A DNA stretch of 64,000 nt from Azolla caroliniana (Eukaryota > Plantae > Polypodiophyta), in the NCBI GenBank assembly GCA_043228905.1, contig JBHGNT010000006.1, positions 22,506,001 through 22,570,000 on the forward strand. The letters run 5' to 3'. Within the stretch, counting starts at the first letter, position 1; every line of letters begins with the position of its first letter. Under the pieces are notes generated by a model. It was given only the letters and a program-made list of their open reading frames with translations, did not search any database and was not told where the DNA came from. Below are positions 25,201-37,682 of this stretch, piece by piece. Made by a program: the position numbers and the translations under genes.

Positions 25201-27525
25201 TTAGAGATTAATCCTGTAATTGCTCACCTAATCAAATGATTCGAGAAATCTATTAGAGCATCAATTATAATCATACTAGAGAAGCAATGTATGGAGGGTG
25301 GAGAACAAAATGAGGGCATTGTGAACATAAACATAATGTGATGAGTAAACCCTTACTCATGTTTGCTATCGCAATAAAATACTTGTTCCCATCTTGCAGC
25401 ATAGGGTTTTGCAAATAACTTTTTTTTCTTTCAAGTTACTAGGTTTCTGAAAATATTATGCCTTTTGAGTGGTAGCATAAGATGGATAAAATTACGATTC
25501 AACAGAAATACGAACCCAAGTCTTTAACGAGTTTAAGATCCGGTGTCCGATAACCAAGAGAGAGAGAGAGAGAGAGACGCAATTGGAGAAGCGTGCGTGG
25601 TCCATGCATTCTCACAATATAAATGCATGCAAAGACAAAACAATCCATTATGGATGCCTACATAAAAAGTTGAATGAATATAGAGACATTACATTCATGT
25701 GAGGATACATAAGGTTTTCGAAAGCTGCCAGGTCTATGGTCGATAGACTAGACTACTCAGGTTGTTGTTAAAGCTAGCATAACAACCCCCCAAGCATAGG
25801 AATGGGATGAATCTTCAATCGACCCACAAACACTACATAGAAAAGACATACAAAACTCGTGATCCATCGACAAAGAGGGTCGCGAGTTTTAGTCCGAAAA
25901 AACAAGATTGCAAAGGATGATATCAGATCTCAGCTCCCCCCCCCCCCCCACTAAAAGTGGTTACATCCCACTTAAATCAGACATATATATATATAGTAAG
26001 AGAGATGCATTCACATTCGCTCGACCAAACACATAATCGAGAGACTTGGAACGAAAACCCGATCGAATGCCAATGTATATGTTTTCGCTGGAATGCACAA
26101 ATGCATTTGATTAATCATTAGAAGTTGTAGATTCATGGATCATGATTGATTGATTCAAGAATGCATGGAATAAACAGAGGATTTTTTCTTGGATGTCTAT
26201 GCATCCATCTATCTCTACTCAGGCCAAAGATTGACTGTAAACAACAACATCATCATCAAACAAAAGCAGAGAAGAAGGCAAAAAACAGAGTAAAAAAACT
26301 AAAGAACAGAAACAGAGTAAAAATAAAAAATAAACAGAGAGCAGAGCAGAACAAAAACAGAGGAGGAAGAGGAGGAGAAGAAGAAGAAGAAGAAGAGATA
26401 AAACAACAGGTTAAAATAAAGAACAAATAACGGAGTAAAATTAAAGAACAAAAGAAAAACAGAGAGAAATTAGTGATTCAAATTCCGCCTAGTTTTCCTT
26501 TCTTTCCTTTTTCTTTGGCAGGAAGAAGCTTGTTTCGCCATAGCTGAATTGTTTTGCAATTTGCGAGGTATTATTACATCACATAGTTATGCCTCTCTGT
26601 TTTTCTTTTCTTATTTTCTGATTTACATTTGGTTCAAAGTACTTTCTAATTTCCAAATTAGGGTTTAGAGAGAGACAGAGACAGACAGAGACAGAGAGAC
26701 CGAGTCAGGGTTTTTATTGACAACTACTCTTTCTCTCTGTTTTTATTTTAGGCATTTCTTTTGCTTTCATTTGTATCTGTTTAAGATTTACTTTGTTTTT
26801 TTCTGCGTTTCTTCTTCTTTGTTTCTATGCAATTAGCGAAGTTGTGGTGGATTTCAATTGGTCTCTTTTCAAGATTCACTCTAGATTTCACCTTGTTACT
26901 AAAAGATTTACACGGTTTAAAACTCACTCCATTCTGCATGCTCTTTGTTCTGCTGTATGATTACTTTGTTGTTTTGACAAGTAGTACATCAATAAAATAT
27001 ATCATGGATTTCGAATCACTCTAATTTTTCTGCATTAATTCTCGTTTCTTTGTTATATGTAATTCAATTAGTTGTTTCTGATGTAAAAGGCATAGAGAAA
27101 GCGTCATCTCCGTTTAAGATGTTCACTATTTCTACATTTTTTTCTCCCTTCCTTTCAATGCAATTAATTAGTTGTGTTGATGTGTAACATCATCAACTAA
27201 ATAGTCTGGTCCTTTTCAATTCACCCTGTTTAGGATTCCCTCTGTTTCCACATGTCTTTGTTCTTGACACCCAATGTTCAGTAGATATGTTGTATCTCTT
27301 TAATTCACTATGTTCCTGCATTGTTTCTCCTTTACTTGAATTGTCTTGTTCTATCCAATCAAAGATGTGTACTGTGTCGATCACATATGTGATGCATGCA
27401 GTTTCTATAGTGTGTTATAAAACACATTATCTTTTGTGCTCTGTAGATGTTCTGGACCATTCTTGATAGATCAAGAAATCATCCCCTCAACCCAAGCACT
27501 TGATTTGGGAAGGAAGTAAGGATTG

Positions 27526-30500
27526 ATGGGTAAGAAAGGAAAAGTAAGCCAAGCATCAACTGAGGTGATTCCTGATGAGTTAAGGTGCAAACGATCTGAT
27601 GGCAAACAATGGAGATGCACCGGAAGAGCTGTTGAAGGTAAAAGCATGTGTGAAAAACACATTGTTCAAGCCAAAAAGAGAACATCCGGTGGTGTTACCA
27701 CCATTGCCAAACCACCTGCACCAAAACGACACAAAGGAGAAGAACAAACAAAGCATAAAGTTCTTAACAAGTCACCCAAGGGAGGCGGGGCTCCAAAGAA
27801 ACGAACAAAGGCATTCTCCAGTGATAGTGAATCTGAATCTGAAGATGATAGTGAAGGAGATTCCGATTCCCCATCCTATAGCCCACCTTCAAAGCATAAT
27901 AATAAAGATGTAAAATCCTTTCCTCTACATATGAGACGATCAAATGATGCATCAGCTTATCGGGTCAATGATCCTGGTTTCAATAGGGTTGACAATGATG
28001 TTAACAAGTTTAAGAAAAATGTTGGAGTAGAGCGTGGAGAAAGCTCACTAAGAAAAGTCATGCACTATGATGATACAGATGGATCTGAGGAAGATAGTGA
28101 AGAGGACTCAGATGACTTCGACTTTGAAGAGAGGAAGGTTTTTGACAAGAAGATTAGGGAGAAATCAGATAGTCTACACCAAAGAAAAGTAAGGGAAAAG
28201 ATGGATGATTTGGAAAAGAAGGTAAGGTTTGAGGATGACCTTGATGAGAAGGGAGTGGAAAGGAAGGTGAAGACAAACAGGGAAGAATACGAGAGAAGAT
28301 TAAAGCAGAGACTTCAGAATCAAGACAAGACAATGAAGGAAAATGAAGGAATGAGAAAGGGTCTCGGAAGCAAAGAGGAATTGGCAAAGAAAATTGGAAG
28401 GAGATACGATGATGATGCAATAGATGATTTTAGAATGAAGACCAGGCCTAAAGCTGATGATTCAACAAGAAAATTCAAAGTCGTGTTGCAAATATCTGGT
28501 ACAAGTGCAAAGCAGTCTGCTTACCACGAATTCAATGAAATGGTAAGAAATAACATTACCTGCACTAATTATAGATACTCTCAAATATGAATTATTTTTA
28601 TGGGTGTAATGGTTAGATAAAATGCATAATGAGGATTATATTTACGTGGAATTTCTGCTTGCATGACATGTCAATGTATCTCTTTATTTGTATTTAGGGC
28701 TGTTGCTTGTGGCATAGTTGAAGGAAAAGGTGAAATAAGTGGCATGTTCTTGATGTCCTGCATATAGCTTTAATCAACACATGCTTTAATTTTAAAGAAA
28801 AACTCCGAAATACCCTGGAGTTTTTCATTATTTCTCAAAATGCCCCTGTTTTCTCATTATTTCTCAAATATCCCTAGTCAGCCCTTGAAGGAAAATAGGA
28901 ATGATATTTGAGAAAATAGGAATGAATTGACTGTATAATTGCTCAAATAGCACATATTGCTTGAGATGGGTTTGAACAAGAGCATTTGAGGGAAAAAAAT
29001 AAACTTGGTGGTTTTCATGGGGGCAAGTGCAGTTGTATGGGAATTAGTTTGTATCAAAGATTTGATACTTTGATTTGCATTAAAATTACCATAAATTATT
29101 ATATGCAATTATGACATTCTCTTAGGACACTTCACATTCTGGTGAGAAGTTGAAGAAGAGAAGTAAGGACAGCAAGATGTGTCATCAGTGTCAGAGGAAC
29201 GACAGAAATTCTGTAGTCAATTGCCAAAACTGTAAGAGCAAACGCTACTGCATGTCATGCATTAGCAGATGGTGAGAAATATGAATTCAGTTTCCCATCA
29301 TATGATGAGCTTGTTGGTATGTATTTAACACCATTATTGGGCTTTACAGGTATCCTGAAATGACTGAGGATGAGATAGAGGAATTGTGTCCACTTTGTCG
29401 TGGAATTTGCAATTGTAAAGCATGTCTTCGTATCATGAATGTTAAAGTAAACTCCATGTCAGAGGTAATTATCTTCAAGGACTTTAAATAGGTAATTTTT
29501 TGGAGTTTGTTCCAAAATTCAGCTTCAATTGTTGTAATATGTCCTAACGTGTGGGTTTCAGGAAAGGGCTAACATGTCTGATTCAGAGAAGATATCAACT
29601 CTTCGATATATGCTGTCCTTCCTCTTACCACACTTAAGGACCTTAGATAAACAACAAAGGGAAGAAATTGAATTAGAGACTAAATGTAAAGGTTAGTATA
29701 AAACATAATTTAAAGTTTCGTTGGATTGTTTATCTGTAAAGCTTCTTTGCAATTTCCACTCCCATCAAACTTTTGTTATGATCACAGGAATCTCTTGTGT
29801 TGACATTAAAAGGACAAGACTTAATTCAGATGAGCGGCTATACTGGTAAGCGATGCTCAGCGGTATTTGTGATACTGGCTTGATATGAATGTTGAATGCA
29901 TGGTAGGATTATAAAATCTAGAAGATCTAGATCTGGAAATCTTTTTGAAGATATGCTGCATTTTTTGTTGTGATGTAAACTTTCAGCAATGGAGTATATT
30001 TTTATCATTATGTTAAACCCAAATAATAAATAATCAAAATATTTAATTTTTTTTGGAGGAAGTTTAACATATAAATGAGAGGGTTTGCCCATAACTAGAC
30101 GATAATTGTCAATATTCAGAAAACTAATATGCAGAGAGATGAAATAATCCCTATAACTCCATAAGAAAGTTCATTCCTAACATTCTGCTTACAAGTTTGG
30201 ATAGCATAAGGCTTTCTACATGTGATTGGCAAAAATTGATATTGATGATTAATGAGATGCCAATCATTCAAGGAATAATAAGTGTCTAAAAGGGGAGTGA
30301 CAACTTTATTTCTTCCACAATGCTTGTTCACATACAACATGAATAGCTACCTCTTAATAGAGGCACATTGATCTCAAAACCTATGTGATCTATAAAAGAT
30401 CTGCTTTTTTCTTTATTCTGTTCCCATTAGGAATAGAGGGGCTCAAATCCTCATGGTTAAAAAAACCAACGGACTTTCTTTCTACCTCAATTTACATGTT

Positions 30501-33500
30501 ATGCACAAAATCGTAATGACATCAATGAGCATAAGGTCATTGGCTTTTCAAAGGACCCCAACCCCACAAGTAAAATCCTTGTGGATGTATCCTCTGTGAT
30601 CCATGATCCATGATCCATGATGATGTAATTTCGTTTAAAGTTTGAACTTCTACTTTTGCTATTTGGATATTTGTTTGGAAACAAAAATATTAAAACATTG
30701 CTCATTTTGAATATTAGTTTCTTTTATTTTCTGTATTAACAAGGGATTTTCTTGTTTGCAGTGACAATTGCAACACATCTGTTGTGGATCTGTATAGGAG
30801 TTGTCCAGAGTGTAATTATGATTTGTGTTTGCAATGCTGTCAAGATCTTCGTGAAGGTAAACTACTGGGCTGTAACTCAGTTAAAGAGTCAACTGAAGTG
30901 CAAGTATCCGAATTACCATTATGGAAAGCTAATGAAGACGGAAGCATTCCATGCCCACCCCAAGGGAGGGGTGGATGTGGGTGGCAAGAAACTGTATTGA
31001 GGCAAATTGCCAAGCATGGTTGGATAAACAAACTTGTCACTGAAGTTGAATCTGCAGTAGGTGATGAAGTATATACTCGGCCTCAATCATCTGAGCCATG
31101 CCAGTTATGCTCTGCTGAAAAGTTTAACTCAGCTAATCATACCAAATGTGTACGTCAAGCTGCACAGAGGAATGACTCAGTGGACAATTTTATTTACTGT
31201 CCATCATCCTTGGACATGGGTAAAAATGCTTTTGAGCACTTCCAGAAGCATTGGCTTAAGGGAGAACCTGTGATTGTAAGAGATGTACTAGAGAAGACAA
31301 AAGGTCTAAGTTGGGAGCCTATGGTCATGTGGAGGGCTTTCCGAGAGACGACAAAAAAGAAGTTTGTTGAAGAAACAAAATCTGTGAAGGCTATTGACTG
31401 TCTTGACTGGTGTCAGGTACCACCCAACCCACTCAACATGTTTTTTGAATGTTTCCTGTGTTTTTCAGGCTTAGGCAGGAATATGTTGTAACCTCAGCTA
31501 TTACAATTTGTTTGCATGGTTATATCTTGGCATTTCTTTACAGGTTGAGATAAACATACATCAGTTTTTCAAAGGGTATCAAGATGGGCGCATGCACAAA
31601 GATGGCTGGCCTGAAATGCTTAAACTTAAGGATTGGCCTCCTGCAAATTTCTTCCATGAAAGATTGCCGCGCCATGGTGCAGAATTCATTAGTGCTTTGC
31701 CATTCCATGACTATACACATCCAACACGAGGAATGCTGAATCTGGCTACAAAGATACCAGATAATGTTGCAAAGCCTGACTTGGGGCCAAAGACTTATAT
31801 TGCTTATGGTGTTGAAGAGGAGCTTGGACGTGGGGATTCAGTAACGAAACTGCATTGCGACATGTCTGATGCAGTAAGTATAGTTAATGATCACAGTGGA
31901 TCTTGAGAGCAAATGAAAACTGAGGCATTTTGTTGCCTTTTGCTAAGCTCAAAATTTGCATCATTTATTGATTTGTTTTCAGGTAAATGTTCTCACTCAT
32001 TGCACTGAAGTCAAGCTGTCAGAATGGCAATGTGAAGTTATCCGGGAAAATAAGGAAATGGATATATCTGAAAGGCCAGGCTTAGACACAACCAGAGAGA
32101 CACAGCTGGAGAAGAAAACAGAATCCATAATAATAAAGGACCATCCAGTCAAGGAACAAATTATTAATGAGGTCTGTAATCTTCTTTTATTTTAGGCTGT
32201 GAGCATATACATATATGGCATATGCAAAGCACACATGCTCCCACTCGGTGGTGGCAGGCATGTATTTGCATAAGGCCTGGAGTCAATAAGCAAATATTGA
32301 AATGGTCACTAGTCTTTGCGGAAAACAGAATGTTAGCTTCCTTGTTGAGGACCAATCTTGCTTCTTGAATACAGGATTAACACACAGTGAGCATAAACTC
32401 TTTTGAGGTGTTTCTTCATTTATATGAGAAATTTTCAGCGGTAAAAATTTCGCTAAATTGGTGATTTACCATCATCTTGATGTTGCAAGTGTGGCACTTG
32501 CAGGTGACTACATGGTTCAGTTTACATGACCTTGATATACAAGCACGACAACTGTTCCAGTATAGCACAGAAGCCCCCTCTAACTGACATCAGCATAACA
32601 GAATGATTAGGCAGCATATTATTAGATTGCATATAATCAGCTTCAGGTGGAGACAGGTGAAAAAGATAAAAGCCATTGTTGCCTGACAAAAAAGCCCTAG
32701 ACCACGTTATTGCAACTTCTGATCTAGAATATCTAATGAGAGATATACTGAGAGCACATTTACAGACTATCTATTGTATTTATGCTGAAATACAATTATT
32801 CAGTTTGTGTTTCCTGGGTTCTGCTGGCTGTTTGTGTTTGTGTTTCCTGGGTTTGTGTATGATGGCTGAAACAGGCTATTCTTTCATGTTGAATCAATCA
32901 AGAAATGCCTAAGGGGGTTCTGCTGGCTGTTTGTGTTTGTGTTTCCTGGGTTTGTGTATGATGGCTGAAACATGCTATTCTTTCATGTTGAATCAATCAA
33001 GAAATGCCAATGGGGGGTGCCAAGCTTTATGGTCAATTGGTGTAGCGTGTCCTATATACTGAACTCTCACTCTCTTCTCAAGCATTCTTCAATGATTATT
33101 AATTTGATAAAAGCTAATTATTGGTAGAGATGTTAAATCACTGCCATCCAAGATTGTTTGAGCTGGTTTCAACAGGACTTGGGATTGCAAAGAGAGTTCA
33201 AGGCATGATTTTAGAATGAGACAGATATTACAGCCAGATCCTTTGATGAGATAGAGACACTTTAACATGATGATTTGACTGATTCGAGAGATCTTGGCAT
33301 GATCAATAGGGATGCTCCAGCATTACTGCACTCATAAGTTGCATATTGCACCACATAGCTCTTTGAGTTCTCGTTTGATACCTAGCTTTTACAATTAGAT
33401 ACTAGATTATTTTATTGCTATAATTTAGCTCTCATAGCTTTGATGACATACCATGGTTGTGACAGTTGTGGGCCTGTAGGCCATTTTGGATCTCTTTAGC

Positions 33501-36500
33501 AATGGTAATGTATACTCAAAAAGGGCTAGAATAGATTAGGTGACAGGGGTTTGTTGTACACGTAGGCTACATCCATGTGGACCATGACTCCATCACCGGT
33601 GTCACCGGCAGATACAGGCCATTATCACCTGACATCGAAGATGCTTTCCTTGATTCGGAGACCTCTCCATCTAGGATTGACCCATGTATGTTCAGAATGT
33701 AAGTGCTTAGCTAATGAGATTCTCTGGTACATTTGGCAGTTCAACTAATTTAGCTATATCTATTCTGGTTTGTTGCCTTCTCAGAGACAAGGCAACATTT
33801 TAAGATGTAATCTCTTTTTCGGTCTTGCAGACCATTTGGCCTTTTAAGAGACATCAGTGTATATTTCTTCTTCCAGTTAATTAGATAGTAGCTGGATACA
33901 TTATGCAATGTATGGATGATGCATTATCTTGTCAAACCTATGGACAGTACGTTATGCTGGCTAAATTATAGATTGGAGGATCAAAAGAAGATATGAAGTA
34001 TTGTTTTGTAATTTTATTTTGTTTGCATGTCATATATGTAACACACACAATTTTCCAGAATAATGCAATAATGTCATCAATAACAATCTATTACATACAT
34101 TTTTATAGGCAATCATAAATGGAACCATAGATGGTGCAGCAGAGGCTGCCAATACCAGGGTAATCCAGGCCGGTGATGAAAATCCTGAAAGCACTGTCAG
34201 AGTCTCCGCAGAACACATGAATGATGTGCTGAAAAAATGCAATGAAAAGGAGTCATGCATGCTTGGCCAAACTGGAAATATTGGGAAATTTTCTGCACCT
34301 GAAGTTGGTAATGAAAGCATTCATAACGTTGCCATAGTAGTGGAAGATATGTCTGCTTCTGTGATGGTTGTGGTTGACAATGATGATAAGACAAGTTCTA
34401 GAGATACAAGGCCAGAATCTACTGCAGTTGGAATCAAAGTTGCTGAATATTCTGAGCATGTCAGATCTCAAAATGGTGGATCTAGTGACACCATTGAAGA
34501 CGAAAAATATGCTGATGGGTCATATACACTTTCGCAGGACCAGAGCATCTCCAAAGTGATACTTACTGATGTTCGGGACAAAGAAGTATTGAACATTGTT
34601 CCTGTAGATAATCAAATCAACGCCCTTCAATTTGATGCCAACCAACATGAAACTGATTGTAAAATTGATAAATTTGTGAGTGAAGATCGTGGTACTGGTG
34701 CTTCTATTCCAGAGGAAGAACCTGATAATGGTGCTTCTGGTATTGGTGTAAATAGTGAAGAGGTAATTTCTATTGGAAATGCATATTCAAAGGGAGTGTG
34801 TGAGACAAAAGAAACACACAAGGATGCTCTCATGGAACAAAAAATTGAACATATTGACTCTATAATGGAGCAAAAAGATGTACATGTTTATACCGTGAAG
34901 AAGCAAAAACACAAAAATCTTCAGTTAGAAAAGAAAACGGCTGATCATCATGTTAAGTCACAAATAGATGCTGATTCACAAATGATCCAGATTGATGTTC
35001 AATGTAAAGAAGCAGATAAACATGTTATTCCTGCTGAGGAAACCAATGTAAAAGACTCTGATTTGCAAATGATTGAAGTTGATGCTCGATGTGAAGAAGC
35101 AAATAATGACGTTATTCCTGCAGAACAAGCTGATATAATAGAAACTGAATTGCCAATGATGGAGATTGATGGTCAATGTAAAGGACAAGAGAACCATATT
35201 ATTTGTACCAAACAAAGCAGTATAATAAACTCTGATTCACAAATTGATGTTCAAAAAACTCATTCATTGTGTGAAGTAAAAAGTAATGGGATTGATATCA
35301 ATGAGGAACAAGCCATTGTTTCTGACTATGTTGTTCCTGAAAAAGACATTGTTCCAGAAGATACTACATTAGTGGAATCTGTCTCAGTCAATGTAGAGCG
35401 TGAGCATGAGCTTGATATGCTTGAGAAAAAAGACGACAATTTGAAAACTGATGTAAAAGATGCAAATCATGCAGACAGAAATGTTCTCATAAATCTAATT
35501 CATGATAAGGAACCAGAGTCACATAGCGGTGGAGCCCTGTGGGATGTTTTCCGTCGTGAGGATGTACCAAAATTGCAAGCCTATTTGAAACAACATTGGA
35601 GGGAGTTCCGACATACTGAAGAAAGGTTTCTTACACATGTATGACATTATATCGAAGTTTAACATTACCAGTATTGTCTCAGTTAGAGGCCCTTAGTTTC
35701 ACGATCTGCATCTAACTTAAAACATATTACAGGTAGATGAACCCATTCATGACCAGACTATCTTTCTCAACCAAGAACACAAAAGAAAGCTGAAGGAGGA
35801 GTATGGTATGATCATTGAGAATTTTAAACATTTAGAGCCGTAAGTTCTTGTATATGTCAACTGTGCCACTGATTTCGTGTAGGAATTGAGGCTTGGACAT
35901 TTGAGCAACACTGGGGGGAGGCCATATTCATTCCTGCTGGCTGTCCTCATCAAGTGAGAAATACAAAGGTATATATACATAAAATGTGCTGGTAAACTTT
36001 TAATGATGATCCTTTTGGATACATAAGGACCAAAACACTATTTTAGTGTGAACATCAATGTGACACTCTAGAAATAGATCATCATCTTTCTAATTATCCT
36101 GCCAAATTATCACCAACTTAAAATCTAAAATTAAAGATTAGTGGAAAACTTAAGTTTTATATTAGCTGGAAGTTTATCCTGAACCAAACTCAGGCCTTTT
36201 CCAACTGAGTTGATCACGATTCATCCAATAGCACCGATACTAGCTAATAGGAAGTATCTCTAGAGATCTTCAATGGAAGAAGAATGGTGTCGCGGGACCA
36301 ACCCTTTGACCAATTCCACACACTTTGGGATCTCCTATTGCCACATCGAAGGCTATATGCTATAATGGTGCTGAAGATCTCTTCTCGTTGGGTTTGTGCT
36401 TGTGTGTTTGTGCTATAAAGGCTCCTATAGTATGATCTGTCCATTTCCCCTCAAATGATGAGGCTTATTACACTCATACACACACACACACACGCATAGA

Positions 36501-37682
36501 CACAGGTATTTATGTACATATAGTAAATTATTTATGTATTTATGTATATAAATAGTCATGATGAGGGTTATTACACACACATATATATAGGTACACAGGT
36601 ATCTAATTATATAAATTGTCTGGCACATGATACATTTGATTCAGAGTGTCTTTCAGTTTTATGTATTTGATGTGTTCATTTAGAAAAAAATTAACACATG
36701 CAGTGTGAAACATCCTGCTAGGAATTTGTTTTGTGGTTCTTGTAAGTTCGTAGGAATGGAGAAGGAATTTGAGTGTATCCAATTAAAAGAAAATTCATGG
36801 TTCTTGAATTGGTTTCAGTCTTGCATTAAGGTTGCATTGGACTTTGTAACGCCGGAGAATGTCCAAGAATGTGTACGGTTGACCGAAGAGTACAGACTGC
36901 TGCCAAAAGGTCATCGCGCCAAGGAGGATAAACTGGAGGTGTTCATCTCTCTCTATATAAAGTATCATTTCCATCATCTCTTTGTAATGGGCATTGTATT
37001 AATTAAATATAGAGAAAAAATCTGTAATACCGTGTGTTTTCGTCCCAAATGCCCCTGGGTTTTTGCTAACTCTGCAAACCATTCGTCAACCCCCAAAACA
37101 GAGAAAGGGTATGGAATTGACTATTAATTGCTGAAATATCACATATGATTATAAAAAAGGAAGAGGAATTCATGACCATATTATTTGAGGAAATAATGAA
37201 AACTCAGTTACATTTGGGGAACAAATAAAAACGAAGCAATACTTCAGAGTTTTCCCTTAAATACAATACCACCAATCAATAGGTCTGGTGTGTTCTTGTA
37301 TATGTTGTTTCTTCACCACATATACACTGTATCTGAATACTTGATCCTCAGCTCTAGTTTTATTATTAATGTTTGCATCCTTCCAATGCATTTTCTTTCA
37401 TCAACACATACATAATGCTATTTTTTGCATTTCTCTCCCCTTACGGTAATTGTTATTTTCCTTATCCAAATTTTCAGGTGAAAAAAATGGTGATATTTGC
37501 AGCAGCAACTGCAGTTAAGCAATTGAAACATCTATTGCTATCATGGTAATATCCTAAATTTGATATCAAATCTGTCTTTCTTTTCTTTTTGAAGCTTTCC
37601 TAGTAAATATATATATATGTAAATGTTGTGTGATGATTTCAGTCCAGAGCCACTCAATAGTAGTCCAGGTGTTGAACAATGA
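27526..37682 (+). CDS. KDM3/JHDM2-type JmjC histone H3K9 demethylase (JMJ24-29/IBM1 clade) with N-terminal WRC domain and Cys-rich zinc-finger region, ~1518 aa
   Basis: Frame-consistent exons: 27526-28542, 29126-29271, 29350-29464, 29562-29691, 29788-29845, 30762-31416, 31544-31873, 31983-32171, 34109-35638, 35733-35805, 35883-35968, 36819-36938, 37478-37545, 37643-37682 (alternatively, stop at 37549 if the last intron is retained). WRC motif [12 protein letters not shown]...CEKH; CHQCQRND...[14 protein letters not shown]; [14 protein letters not shown]; LKLKDWP; [10 protein letters not shown]; [10 protein letters not shown]; [12 protein letters not shown]; SCIKVALDF. Confidence 0.95.
28797..29050. 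mobile_element. MULE-like MITE remnant in JmjC intron 1
   Basis: Shares AAAACTC.GAAATACC, GAGTTTTTCATTATTTC.CAAA and GAATTGAC..TATAA.TGCT motifs with 37012-37256 and 50115-50390. Confidence 0.5.
32816..33013. repeat. Near-perfect 99-bp tandem duplication in JmjC intron 8
   Basis: GGGTTCTGCTGGCTG...CAAGAAATGCC at 32816 and 32915, very few mismatches. Confidence 0.95.
37012..37256. mobile_element. MULE-like MITE (245 bp) in JmjC intron 12
   Basis: Imperfect terminal inverted repeats (GAGAAAAAATCTG...CCCAAATG.. / ..CATTTGGGG...CAGAGTTTTCCC), flanked by a 9-bp direct repeat TTAAATATA (37003-37011) / TTAAATACA (37257-37265), the TSD length typical of Mutator elements. Confidence 0.7.

Noticed and set aside
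26146-26430. K/E/Q-rich ORF upstream of the JmjC gene
   Set aside because: Low-complexity A/G-rich leader sequence with a non-ATG start; most likely 5' UTR.
11902-27545. IQD and JmjC proteins both start MGKKGK
   Set aside because: MGKKGKW is typical of IQDs, and similarity does not extend beyond ~18 nt or into the flanks; treated as coincidence.
36245-36432. Intronic miRNA-like hairpin (AGAGATCTTCA / TGAAGATCTCT)
   Set aside because: Only an 11-bp perfect stem; the interior does not pair over the ~20 bp needed. RNAfold plus small-RNA reads would settle it.
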